Of a stretch of 64,000 nucleotides of DNA, positions 9,501 to 18,876 are shown in pieces. This DNA is from a virus. The notes beneath the pieces are model-generated. The model saw only the letters and a program-made list of their open reading frames with translations. It made no database searches and had not been told where the DNA came from. The stretch's first letter is position 1, and each line of letters starts with the position of its first letter. The stretch covers positions 1-64,000 of the IMG/VR virus record IMGVR_UViG_3300005573_000995; one strand, 5' to 3'. Both the position numbers and the translations under genes were made by a program.

Positions 9501-10594
9501 TTATTTCCCTCCATTACTTCTTTATATAATTTGAGATAATTGTTTGCCATTACGGTTGAAGAAAAGTTCTCTACAGCCCAACGTCTGCATTCCTCATTAT
9601 CCACATTATCGATTAATTTCATCGCTTCGATGAATTTGTCATCATCTCCTTTGACAACCTGCCCCTCAGAATCCCGTATGACGGGAACCAGATATCCTAC
9701 CTTCCCCTGTCCTTCCCAGTCTAACCAATTTCGGCTATAATCTGGAGTAACGCCGAGCAATTCTGCCATCGCCCCTCTATCAAAAGTTATAACAGGAGTC
9801 CCACTCATTAACGCTTCAATTACCGTCATCCCAAATGGCTCCTCCCACTGTAGAGGGAATAATAGTGCCTTTGCTCTTGCAATCATATAATTCTTTTTCT
9901 TATGAGAACAGACTCCATGATATACCCAAGGAGAAGCGAAGGTACAAGCTTGGGCGACTTTGAGAACGTAGTCTGTTGGCTCAAGAGATAGTCTGCCAGC
10001 TATTACATCTAATGGGACCTTAAGGCGTTTTGCATATTCTATGGCAAATAAGGCTCCCTTCTCTGGGTTTGGTCTTCCTACAAAAATAAATCTATTTGTT
10101 TTTGCTCTTTTCTTAGTGATTACATCAAAAATAGTAGGGTCTAATCCATTATAGACATATTTCGTATCATATATGAAATGCTCGTGAATAAATTTCGCAT
10201 GAGCCTTAGAGAGACAGACGAGATTAGGTTTAAGAACTGGGAACATAGGGGTAGCTACTGTATGAACGGTGGGAATGTATTTCTTAAAGTCTATTGCCTT
10301 CATTTGCGAAGCAAATTTAGCATGAGAATGGTCAGCAATAATATCATAGTCTTTTGTTAATTCGTCTTTATAATACTCAAAGGCACTATTTTCCTGATAA
10401 GCTTGTGTTGCAAGATTTATTGTCGGAATTAATTTCACATCTGGAGGAGGTGTAGAGCCTTGAGGAGCTACTATGCTTACTTCATGCTTTTGTTTTGCAA
10501 GTTGTTCAGCTAAATAATAGACAATTAATTCCATGCCCCCGTAGTCGGTGGGGGGGACCTGTAGGGCTGCGGTAGATATTAGAAGTATTTTCAT
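9494..10594 (-). CDS. Glycosyltransferase family 4 (true start ATG 10594)
   Basis: VPPTDYGGME, GRPNPEKG, EEPFGMTVIEALMSGTPV; own TATA near 10640-10655. Confidence 0.88.
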   Translation of the reverse strand: MKILLISTAALQVPPTDYGGMELIVYYLAEQLAKQKHEVSIVAPQGSTPPPDVKLIPTINLATQAYQENSAFEYYKDELTKDYDIIADHSHAKFASQMKAIDFKKYIPTVHTVATPMFPVLKPNLVCLSKAHAKFIHEHFIYDTKYVYNGLDPTIFDVITKKRAKTNRFIFVGRPNPEKGALFAIEYAKRLKVPLDVIAGRLSLEPTDYVLKVAQACTFASPWVYHGVCSHKKKNYMIARAKALLFPLQWEEPFGMTVIEALMSGTPVITFDRGAMAELLGVTPDYSRNWLDWEGQGKVGYLVPVIRDSEGQVVKGDDDKFIEAMKLIDNVDNEECRRWAVENFSSTVMANNYLKLYKEVMEGNNW

Positions 10595-10676
10595 TTTATT
10601 TATCTCACTTTGCAGGATATTAAAAGATTGCTCAAAAGGTATATATAAGCATTTAGAACTGTTAAAAATTAAAAAA

Positions 10677-10808
10677 TTACAGCAGGAGGCTTCTGTGGCG
10701 GTCTCCTGCTGTCGAGCTACTTCTAGCTCGAAATTAAGGGGCTTCGTCTCGAGCCGAAGGCCACACCCCAATACTCCCTAGTACCCCATAGTGGGGCACT
10801 AGGGCATC
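10677..10808 (-). ncRNA. Candidate structured small RNA A
   Basis: GC-rich multi-hairpin stretch between a TATA box (about 10826-10842) and a T-run. Confidence 0.6.
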
Positions 10809-10884
10809 AATACCTTATTATGTGGCTATATATAAATGTTTTGTATAGTCTAAATGAGAGGATAAAGTAATAGGTGAATGGAAG

Positions 10885-11655
10885 CTATATTGCTTGATAA
10901 ACAATGTATACTTGTCCTTCTGATGGTATCGTCTTGTTTATTAGCCCAAAGGTTACCCACACGATTTCGTTAGGTAAGACAGGAACTATATTGTTGTACT
11001 TGCTCTGAACTGGTGAAATGTAAATAGATATTGCTTGCCCATGATAAATCTCTGTTACGTTGAGGTATAAATTGTTAATATTAGTAAAGTCTAAAGTAAT
11101 ATTGAGATACCCTGCATATCCATACGTAGTAAGGAAAGAAGCATTAAGAGTATATTCCTCTGACCATCCTTGTCCCAATTCAAAGAATGAGCCAGGATTA
11201 TAGCCTATCGCTGGTCTATATGTAAGAGAGTTAATTTGTTCTACAAGAGAGCCTATTTGTTTATTCAAATCCGATATTTGCTTGTTCAAAGAAATTATTT
11301 GCTCTTTAAGGTCTAAAATTTCATTCTTATCGTTTTGTATAGTCATGTAAGCTTGATATAGCTGTTCTGTCAAGTTGTCCCTTTCTGTTATTAGATTACT
11401 ATACGAGTTCTGGAGTGCTGTTATGTTTGTTTGCAAAGACAATAACTCTTGCTCTTTTTGTGCAAGCTGTTTTTGATAAGTTGCTATTTGAGCATTCAAG
11501 TCTGTAATTTGTTGTAGTTTCTCTGTTAGCTGATTCTGTAAGCTTTGAGCTTGGATACCTGTAGAGTTGAGAGAAAGCCAAAGAAATCCAGCAAAGCCGA
11601 GAGAACCTGCTATTATGATTGCAGATAATAGTATAACCAAGATTGTTTTATTCAT
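10885..11655 (-). CDS. Membrane-anchored coiled-coil protein
   Basis: N-terminal TM helix, long heptad region, beta-rich C-terminus. Confidence 0.75.
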   Translation of the reverse strand: MNKTILVILLSAIIIAGSLGFAGFLWLSLNSTGIQAQSLQNQLTEKLQQITDLNAQIATYQKQLAQKEQELLSLQTNITALQNSYSNLITERDNLTEQLYQAYMTIQNDKNEILDLKEQIISLNKQISDLNKQIGSLVEQINSLTYRPAIGYNPGSFFELGQGWSEEYTLNASFLTTYGYAGYLNITLDFTNINNLYLNVTEIYHGQAISIYISPVQSKYNNIVPVLPNEIVWVTFGLINKTIPSEGQVYIVYQAI

Positions 11656-12442
11656 TTTTATTATTCTCACCTCCTTCTTTATCCACATAATCTAAGATTA
11701 GCTTCTGATTGAAAACAAAATTATATCTACTCATCCATAGCTGAAAATACTCTATTCTATCCTTAGTCGATTTGGCAGAAGATAGCCCGGCAATCTTTAC
11801 ATGTCTCGTCCATGCGAAACTATCCATACTGTCTATATATGCTCTTGCCTTCTCTAGAGCCTTTAGCTTAAGTCCAAAAGCATGAATGCGCTTGTCTGGA
11901 AGCCTTTTCCTCACATTCTTGAGCGCGTTGTAAATAATTGAAGTATCAGATTCTACACACAAGTTACCGACCGCATAATAGTCATATTTTTTAATAATTC
12001 CGTTCAATTCCAAAAAGTCTATACATCTATTCAAACTTTCTGGGTTTCTGTTCCAACCTTGAATTGGTATGAGCCAATTTACGCTAGGGTAAAGCGAAGT
12101 ATATTTAACAACATTATCTACCGTGCGTTCTATATTCGTCTTATCTCCTATCCATAGGCTCTTAGGATAATAGTCATCGCAATAATCGGGAACAGTAACA
12201 TATATTTCTGGAATTAGCTTCTTGACATATTCATAAAGCGTTAAAAGTCTTTCAACATGGTCAGGAGGATAGTCTTTAACAATGGGGTCTCTAAAAATCT
12301 CTATACCGCTATCAATTATAACGCTTTCTATGTGGTCTTTATTCTTTTCTATATAGCGAATGTTTGGATTATGTGCATTTAACAATATATAAGGATATGG
12401 AATGGGAGGAAGGGTATAGAGCTTGACTTGATGTTCGTTCAT
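11648..12442 (-). CDS. dpdA: TGT-fold DpdA-like deazaguanine transglycosylase
   Basis: IIDSG, VPD, IPIQG, AVG, IHAFG, DSMDS motifs of the TGT/DpdA family. Confidence 0.65.
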   Translation of the reverse strand: MNEHQVKLYTLPPIPYPYILLNAHNPNIRYIEKNKDHIESVIIDSGIEIFRDPIVKDYPPDHVERLLTLYEYVKKLIPEIYVTVPDYCDDYYPKSLWIGDKTNIERTVDNVVKYTSLYPSVNWLIPIQGWNRNPESLNRCIDFLELNGIIKKYDYYAVGNLCVESDTSIIYNALKNVRKRLPDKRIHAFGLKLKALEKARAYIDSMDSFAWTRHVKIAGLSSAKSTKDRIEYFQLWMSRYNFVFNQKLILDYVDKEGGENNKNE

Positions 12443-12456
12443 CTTATACCCATCTC

Positions 12457-15400
12457 TTACGGCTTCTTACAGACTAAGATGTATTCATGCATAATTCTAG
12501 GGACTTCAGGTCTCTTCTTATATTGAAGAATTCTCCAAAAGCTTAACTTGTCAAGCCTTAATTTCAATACATCCTCAAGCTGAAAGCCTATTTTCTCAAG
12601 TAAGAGCCATGTTTGGTAAGGTAGGTCTATCACACGACCTTGACGCTGGAAGGGCTTAACTACTATTATCGCTCTCCCTCCCTCCTTCAATACAGCATAC
12701 ATTTCTGAATACACTTTAAACATCGCTTCTAAGTAAGTCTCTCTCTTTAAGTTGCCTATGTTGTTCTTATCCTCAGAATATTTGATTCCCAAACCAATTT
12801 TAAGACGAGTGTCTGACTTTGAATCTTTTTCCCTATCACAAATGCCTCCTGTATGCCTTGAACCCCCTTCCATACTTCCTTCGTATGGAGGAGATGTGAT
12901 AACCGTATCTATGTTCCCAACGGGTAAGTTGCCGATATTCGTTTTATCATGTGAATAATGAACCCCAATTTTCTTTTCCTTCTCGAACTTGTGTTGTGTT
13001 CCACCTCTTTCTTGCATAGATTCAGCATAGGGTGGACTTGTGATTATGGTGTCCACATCGCCGATGGGAAGATTACCGATATTCTCTGGGTTCTCAGAAT
13101 AATGGGACGGTGTGCCACTCGCCCATTCTTTACGACCCCTAAAGCCTTCTCTATCTTTAATTTTTTCCCATCTATTAGGCCTTATTCCTTTTCCTACCTC
13201 CTGGTTAGCGTATGGCGGACTTGTGATTATAGTATCTATGTCTTCCTTGTGTTCTAATCTATTTATATTTGCTGGGTCTTCTGCATATAAGTCTGGGTTA
13301 ATATTCTTCTCCTTGAAATATTTATCTATATTTGCTCTGCTTCTCTCAATATCTTGATAGTTTCTCCTTTCGCCATAGGGAGGACTTGTGATTACAGCAT
13401 CTATATTCCCATGCTTCAAATTTGCTATATTGTTCTCTTGTAGAGAGGTGTCTCTTTTTTCCTCCCATGCCTTTCTACCTTTAAAATTGTCCCCAAGTTC
13501 TTTAAGTCCATGTCTATAATTGTGTTCACCCTCGCTATATGGAGGGGATGTAATTATTGTGTCGATGTCTCCATGCTTTAGTTTCGCTATGTTGCCCTCT
13601 CCAACCATACTTTCGGTATATTTCTTCTGCATTTCTAGTCTTTCTGGATGAGAGGTGCTGTCTGCTTTATCCCCTGCTTTGTGCCCTATCCCTTCACTAT
13701 AAGGTGGAGATGTGATTACGGCATCTATATCGCCAACTGGTAGATTACCGATATTCCCCGGATTCTCAGAATAGCCTTTGTTTTTCTCTTGTTGATAGCC
13801 ATATTTTTTCTCATAAACTTTTGTTGTTCCCCCTTGGGTAATCATTTGTGCGTATGGTGGACTTGTAATCACATTATCCGCTTGCTCTTTTGAAAGCAAT
13901 TCGGACAGCCTTCGTGCATCCCCCTGTATCGCCTTAACTGAACCAATCGGCGTTAGGAATTGTCCTTTCTTAAGGTTCTCTAAAGCACCTGTATAGTGGT
14001 GGGGCTTACGAGGTAGCGCTTCCAACTCCTCCTTAAGTTTCTTAAGGCGCTCCATGTCGTTCCAAATCTTGACAATCTCAGGTGGGGTTTTTTCTTCATC
14101 GACTTCCTCAGATTCGGCGAAATCGCCAAGAGGCAATATTTTCCGAACAACTTTCGCTTCTATTTCTTTCTCATTAACATCTTTTAACTTGTCTTCTAGT
14201 TCGGCGATTTCTTTTTCTATGTCTTTACGCCTATAACAATTGAGAACGTGGCATGTGTATCCATCGCAATCTACCCCAGTGATGGTCTCCACGAACTTCT
14301 TTTCAAGCTCAACAAGGACGGCGTTTCTACCATGTAAAGCAGACAATACTCCGGTACTGCCACTATTTCCGCACCAAACTACTTTCCCATTCTTTCTTAT
14401 AAGAATGACATGATTTGGAACTTCGACACAATATATCATACCATCATAATCAACCCATTCTTCAATGCATGATGAATCAACATTTCCTCTTTTGGAGTCC
14501 CAAAGGTTGCGTCTTATATATACGCGTGGTTTCAAAGTACGTTTTGACATATAAACGACGTATGATTGAATTGTTGGTTTGATAATTCTACTTCCTATTT
14601 TGCTCGTCTTTATTTTGTATAAAGAAACTTTACTGTCGTATCCGCATTTCAAAGCTAGTTCTTGAACGTCATTAGCTAGTTGCTTACTGCTTGTATAATA
14701 AGCCAGCCTTGAGCCTCTCCTTGCCCCATCCCCCTCCACCAAAGCACTTAACAAAAGATGTAGCTTGTCCGATGGCAATTCCAGAAATTCTCTAGGAATG
14801 AATTTGGTAGTAGACTTCCCTAATCTATGAAGGAAAGAGCAAAGCCTTTTATCATTTAACCAAATTCGTCCTCGCTTGTCAATATGTACTCTGCGCCCTA
14901 GAATAGAAGCCAATTTCTTTGAAACTTCTACCATTTTATATTGAAATCTATCTTTTGTATCTGTCGCTATTTGAACATAATGCCGAGAGTTGGAAATGTA
15001 TGCGCTTCCTTCGGCTAAGTAATAGCCTAAAAACTGCAAGAATAGACCCAAGGGAATTTCAATCGCAGAATACTTCCATTGATTGTGTGAAGGGGCTTCT
15101 TCTAGCGTCACGTTTTCTATATCTTTTCCTTTCCAAATAAATTCTCTGCTGTAAACTACATGCTTACCAAAAATTTCTTTGGCTTGATGAAGACCAAATT
15201 CCCATTTATTTTTGGGCAACTGGGAGTTTCTGAGCGCCACAAACATACTATGGTCAGGCGTGACTTTAAGTTCTACTTCTTTCGTCCGTACATAGTACAT
15301 TTTACCTTTATAGGGTTGCTTCACTATCCTGATTGGATGCTGATATTCAAGTCCATCAGTAGATGTATTCAAAGTTGCTATTTCATCATCAAAGGTTACA

Positions 15401-15687
15401 TCCCGAAAAAATTTCCATCCTTTTCTTGTTAGAACTTCCGTTTCTTCGTCATAACACCCGGCCATCGGGTCAAGTATATTCTCTCCTTCTTTTGTATAGT
15501 TTAAAATCAAATACTCGAGTAAATTTGTATTCATCTTGGCTGGATGGGAAACACTGCTCGGAGGGAATAGTGCTTTGTATTTACCAAATCCTGGCGTTGA
15601 AGGAAATATAAGTTCCTTCGCTGGCATTATCTTCTCGATTTCACTTACAAATTCTTTGGCTTCTTCTTTCTTCTCTTCTTCTACCAT
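12457..15687 (-). CDS. Amino (N4C/N6A) DNA methyltransferase with intein and seven tandem TSPPY modules
   Basis: HPAK, ILDPMAG|intein|SGST (motif I), VELE, GDAR, 7x ITSPPY, YLEAMFKVYSE..VLK.GG, HEYILV. Confidence 0.88.
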   Translation of the reverse strand: MVEEEKKEEAKEFVSEIEKIMPAKELIFPSTPGFGKYKALFPPSSVSHPAKMNTNLLEYLILNYTKEGENILDPMAGCYDEETEVLTRKGWKFFRDVTFDDEIATLNTSTDGLEYQHPIRIVKQPYKGKMYYVRTKEVELKVTPDHSMFVALRNSQLPKNKWEFGLHQAKEIFGKHVVYSREFIWKGKDIENVTLEEAPSHNQWKYSAIEIPLGLFLQFLGYYLAEGSAYISNSRHYVQIATDTKDRFQYKMVEVSKKLASILGRRVHIDKRGRIWLNDKRLCSFLHRLGKSTTKFIPREFLELPSDKLHLLLSALVEGDGARRGSRLAYYTSSKQLANDVQELALKCGYDSKVSLYKIKTSKIGSRIIKPTIQSYVVYMSKRTLKPRVYIRRNLWDSKRGNVDSSCIEEWVDYDGMIYCVEVPNHVILIRKNGKVVWCGNSGSTGVLSALHGRNAVLVELEKKFVETITGVDCDGYTCHVLNCYRRKDIEKEIAELEDKLKDVNEKEIEAKVVRKILPLGDFAESEEVDEEKTPPEIVKIWNDMERLKKLKEELEALPRKPHHYTGALENLKKGQFLTPIGSVKAIQGDARRLSELLSKEQADNVITSPPYAQMITQGGTTKVYEKKYGYQQEKNKGYSENPGNIGNLPVGDIDAVITSPPYSEGIGHKAGDKADSTSHPERLEMQKKYTESMVGEGNIAKLKHGDIDTIITSPPYSEGEHNYRHGLKELGDNFKGRKAWEEKRDTSLQENNIANLKHGNIDAVITSPPYGERRNYQDIERSRANIDKYFKEKNINPDLYAEDPANINRLEHKEDIDTIITSPPYANQEVGKGIRPNRWEKIKDREGFRGRKEWASGTPSHYSENPENIGNLPIGDVDTIITSPPYAESMQERGGTQHKFEKEKKIGVHYSHDKTNIGNLPVGNIDTVITSPPYEGSMEGGSRHTGGICDREKDSKSDTRLKIGLGIKYSEDKNNIGNLKRETYLEAMFKVYSEMYAVLKEGGRAIIVVKPFQRQGRVIDLPYQTWLLLEKIGFQLEDVLKLRLDKLSFWRILQYKKRPEVPRIMHEYILVCKKP
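12745..13880 (-). repeat. Seven ~50-aa tandem modules D.[VI]ITSPPY-variable-(Y)..NI.[NKR]L
   Basis: Directly visible in the translation. Confidence 0.95.
14365..15456 (-). mobile_element. Intein (364 aa) with LAGLIDADG endonuclease in MTase motif I
   Basis: CYDEETEVLT..TPDH..LGYYLAEG..LVEGDG..WCGN|S. Confidence 0.93.
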
Positions 15688-17285
15688 GTTAAATCAGGCA
15701 CTCCAAATACTTTCTCTAAGGCAGACCTTATTCTCCCTACTACTTTGTTCCTAGAAGGAGCTTGCCCTATTATTCTCTTTTCTATCGCTTCTGTTATATC
15801 GTCTTTAGTCAAGTCTTTAGCAGGAGACGGAGGAGGAGTTATTGTAATGCTAGCATCAGCCTTTGTTTGCTTCACATCTATCTTCCACTCTATATCGGCT
15901 TCGATATCGAACTTTTGAGCAAGGATATCGTTAATGACCTTCGTTATTGCATTAGTATAATATTGAACAGGATTTTCTACAAGTTTCATCTTTATCGCTT
16001 CCCGAATGTCTCTATTTGAGCTATTTTCGATTTTCTTCACTTCACTTTCTGATTGAGTCTTATAAGCTTCTATATCGTTCTTAAGCTTTTCTGTAAGTTG
16101 CCTTATTAATTCGGGCTTTAATTGGTCTTCAAAGAAGCGTTCGGCATATCGGTCTATTTGATTATTTACGAATTCCTCTACCTTTTTCTTTATTTCCTTA
16201 ACTACATCTGGCTTTGGTTCAGCGGGGACATATTTTATCTCATCCCCTCGTGCCCTTAGAGACTCAACAATATAAATTTGGGGAGCAGACTCATGAATTC
16301 CGCTTAAAGCTTGGAATTCCCATTGCTTCTTCTCTGTTCTAAGAACCTCGACATCGTCCTTAAACTCTGGTCTAAGCTTTAGCATATCGGGCAAATTCTT
16401 TTCAGCAACCACTAATCCTTGCCCTTCTACTTTCTCAGACTCCAGATTAAGTTCTTTTGCTACTTTAGGCAATAGACCAAGAGGTAACACTTGTTTTGCA
16501 TAGAACGAAGAGGGCATGTAAGCATTATTCTTAGATGAAAGTCCATAAAGCATCATCATCTGAACACCAAAAGCATCTGCGTCATGAATACTATATACCT
16601 TCATTCCATTTCTTTCTCTTTCCGCTAAGAATTTATGAGCAGCCTCCGTTAGTTGCCCTTGACTAGTTGAGAAGATTGCTTCAACCATTTTAGAGATGTT
16701 CCCTTCTGTTAAGCCTTCAAATCCTGCTGCCTTTTCAAAATGAATGACTTTACGTGAATAGCCGTAGTAGGTAGCGTTATCTTCAGCTAAGTCAAAGTAT
16801 AGAGCGGGCGAATTATTGAGACTGTAATAAATTCCTTTTCGTGGAACATATAGCTCTCCGTCTTGTGAAAAGATAAAGCCTCTAGGACCTGCTCTAATTC
16901 CCATCGATTGCATAGTAACGCCCGTAGCTAGCTGAGCTTTTTCCATTATTTCATTAAGAAATAAGTGGTAGACTTTAACTTCTCGCCAGTCGTATTTCTT
17001 TCCACCAATCTCTATTTTTACGCTAGGATTAGCAGAACGTAGAGCATAATATACATCTCTTTGGTCTCCTATTACATGTCTTGATGCAATAGCTGCTAAA
17101 GTTTCTTTTATCCACCACTCCCGTTGGGGTAATGGTTTATTTTCCCCTATCTTTACAGCTCTCCATCTATTCTGGATTAGCTTTGCTTTCCATGCAGGAA
17201 TAGAGAATTGCGTAATTGCTTCTGTTGCCTTTTTCTTTCCTTCTTCTATCGGAACGTGCTTAATTTCTATAATAGTATCCGTCAT
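15681..17285 (-). CDS. Topoisomerase VI subunit A/Spo11-like protein with C-terminal extension
   Basis: QRDVYY catalytic Tyr motif, TOPRIM EK and DAD.FG, EFQAL. Confidence 0.75.
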   Translation of the reverse strand: MTDTIIEIKHVPIEEGKKKATEAITQFSIPAWKAKLIQNRWRAVKIGENKPLPQREWWIKETLAAIASRHVIGDQRDVYYALRSANPSVKIEIGGKKYDWREVKVYHLFLNEIMEKAQLATGVTMQSMGIRAGPRGFIFSQDGELYVPRKGIYYSLNNSPALYFDLAEDNATYYGYSRKVIHFEKAAGFEGLTEGNISKMVEAIFSTSQGQLTEAAHKFLAERERNGMKVYSIHDADAFGVQMMMLYGLSSKNNAYMPSSFYAKQVLPLGLLPKVAKELNLESEKVEGQGLVVAEKNLPDMLKLRPEFKDDVEVLRTEKKQWEFQALSGIHESAPQIYIVESLRARGDEIKYVPAEPKPDVVKEIKKKVEEFVNNQIDRYAERFFEDQLKPELIRQLTEKLKNDIEAYKTQSESEVKKIENSSNRDIREAIKMKLVENPVQYYTNAITKVINDILAQKFDIEADIEWKIDVKQTKADASITITPPPSPAKDLTKDDITEAIEKRIIGQAPSRNKVVGRIRSALEKVFGVPDLTW

Positions 17286-18190
17286 TTGTCTATCTTCCTC
17301 GCTCTAATCTGTTCTACAGGAGTATTTAAATATATCGTATAGATATCTTTAGGTGGACGATATTGATGTTCCCGCGCTTCTGTTGCTATATGCCTTGCAA
17401 TTACAGGCATAGCCTTCGATTTATCCCTCCATACCTCTTCCTGCTTCTCTACTGGAACATTTTGCATTAACTCATCCCAAGCGTGCTGTAATGCTCTATT
17501 TATCTTCTCAAGAGGCATAGGAGGATAGATTATTCTATTTATATTCGGCAATATAATCTTCTCTCTCTTCGGCAAGTCTATCTTTTCCTTAGCAAAGATG
17601 TCATAATCCTTGTCATAGAGCTTAAGAACTACACCTTCCCTTTTATGACGCTTACACCATTTCTTCATTCCATCTATTTCTGTTTTTAAGTGTTCTAAGC
17701 TTTCGGGGACAAATTCACCAATTACTCTTGGCATAGGCAAGCGAAAGTGATAACATTTCTGATACCGTAGCGTATAGGGCAAAAATCTCTCAGAAACAAC
17801 GTCATAGATGTCAAAAACTATGTATCTTGATATCTTATGAGCTGGTTCCAGCCGAGTTGGACTTGGACCTTTTTTGATTAGCTCTCCGTATACAATATAA
17901 TGATTGTCGTAAGTATGCTTCTCGTCCTTCAATAATTCTACGACTCTTGAGAATTCTGCTGTCTCTCTCATCCTTCTTTGAATGTCCTCAGAGGCAATCT
18001 CGTTATTGTGGCTAGAAATTCTTACGTCGTCGTTATCATCTAACCAAATCGAAACATTTTCTCCATCTCTTTTCTCTTCTACTATAATGGCTTTTCCTAA
18101 CAGTTCCCTCCCTTCATTAGGAAGGCGGGCTACTGGTTCTGGTTCATAGTGCTTGCCAGCAATTATTGTCTCATATCTATGCCATTTCAT
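17282..18190 (-). CDS. ATP-dependent RNA ligase-like nucleotidyltransferase
   Basis: EEKRDGEN (motif I), YGEL, FDI, EGVVLK, AKEK. Confidence 0.85.
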   Translation of the reverse strand: MKWHRYETIIAGKHYEPEPVARLPNEGRELLGKAIIVEEKRDGENVSIWLDDNDDVRISSHNNEIASEDIQRRMRETAEFSRVVELLKDEKHTYDNHYIVYGELIKKGPSPTRLEPAHKISRYIVFDIYDVVSERFLPYTLRYQKCYHFRLPMPRVIGEFVPESLEHLKTEIDGMKKWCKRHKREGVVLKLYDKDYDIFAKEKIDLPKREKIILPNINRIIYPPMPLEKINRALQHAWDELMQNVPVEKQEEVWRDKSKAMPVIARHIATEAREHQYRPPKDIYTIYLNTPVEQIRARKIDK

Positions 18191-18414
18191 TTCTTTCTCC
18201 CCCTATATTTTCGCCTATATTTTCGAGGAGGTTGATAACTAGTTTTACTAACAGTTACTCCAAGAGCATTCGACCTAATAACTACTTTTTCATTTTTGCC
18301 ATAAATGGTTTTTTCAAATGGTTCATAATAGACGACCGGACTAGTAGCCCCTTCAGGCTGGATGAGCTTCTTCTTTAATACTACTTTAAGGCGCCTAGAC
18401 GAAGGAGATGTCAT
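18187..18414 (-). CDS. Basic hypothetical protein
   Basis: ORF with upstream TATA-like element. Confidence 0.55.
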   Translation of the reverse strand: MTSPSSRRLKVVLKKKLIQPEGATSPVVYYEPFEKTIYGKNEKVVIRSNALGVTVSKTSYQPPRKYRRKYRGRKK

Positions 18415-18454
18415 AGTTCTATGTATAGAAAAGTATGTATAAAAACTTTACGGC

Positions 18455-18730
18455 TTAACTATGTCGTATTATCTCAAACGCCCTTACTTTAGCAGGTGGT
18501 GCTGTAGATAGTTTCCATTCCTTTTTATAGTTTTCCCAACCCTTTATTGTTGGTTTTGTCTCTCCTACAATAACCTCGTAGAAAATCCACCAATGAAAGC
18601 CACAAAATGGCGAAGATGGTGGAATATCTGTAATACTACTTGAAAAAGATATAGGAATGTTCTCTGCAGGCACTTCTATACCGTATATTTCTTTACAAGC
18701 CGAACACATCTTTATCTTTGGCTTACTCAT
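18455..18730 (-). CDS. CxxC..CxxH zinc-finger paralog family member
   Basis: CSAC..FCGFHWW..TAPP..R..EII, shared with ORFs at 37.4-39.3 kb. Confidence 0.7.
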   Translation of the reverse strand: MSKPKIKMCSACKEIYGIEVPAENIPISFSSSITDIPPSSPFCGFHWWIFYEVIVGETKPTIKGWENYKKEWKLSTAPPAKVRAFEIIRHS

Positions 18731-18876
18731 TTCTCACCCTCTAGTTATAGGCTAGCAGTATTTAAGCCTTTTGGAATAGTATCCCCACCTCTACTTAGTA
18801 TCCCTGCCCCTACTAAGCTGATGAGACGATTATTATAGGAAGCTTTAAATAACGCTCGCCTATACCCTTATATCAA
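18731..18876. promoter_or_regulatory. Divergent archaeal promoters at the major strand switch
   Basis: AAAAGGCTTAAATA (minus, about 18759-18772) and GGAAGCTTTAAATA (plus, about 18838-18851). Confidence 0.65.

Noticed and set aside
10595-10771. N-terminal extension of the GT4 ORF
   Set aside because: It overlaps a promoter and the structured RNA; the domain begins at MKILLI
281-18378. Numerous short plus-strand ORFs within the minus-strand operon, and antisense ORFs in the plus-strand arm
   Set aside because: They overlap well-supported genes and show no motifs
18817-18845. CTGATGAG hammerhead-like core
   Set aside because: No flanking stems or GAAA partner; lies in a divergent promoter region
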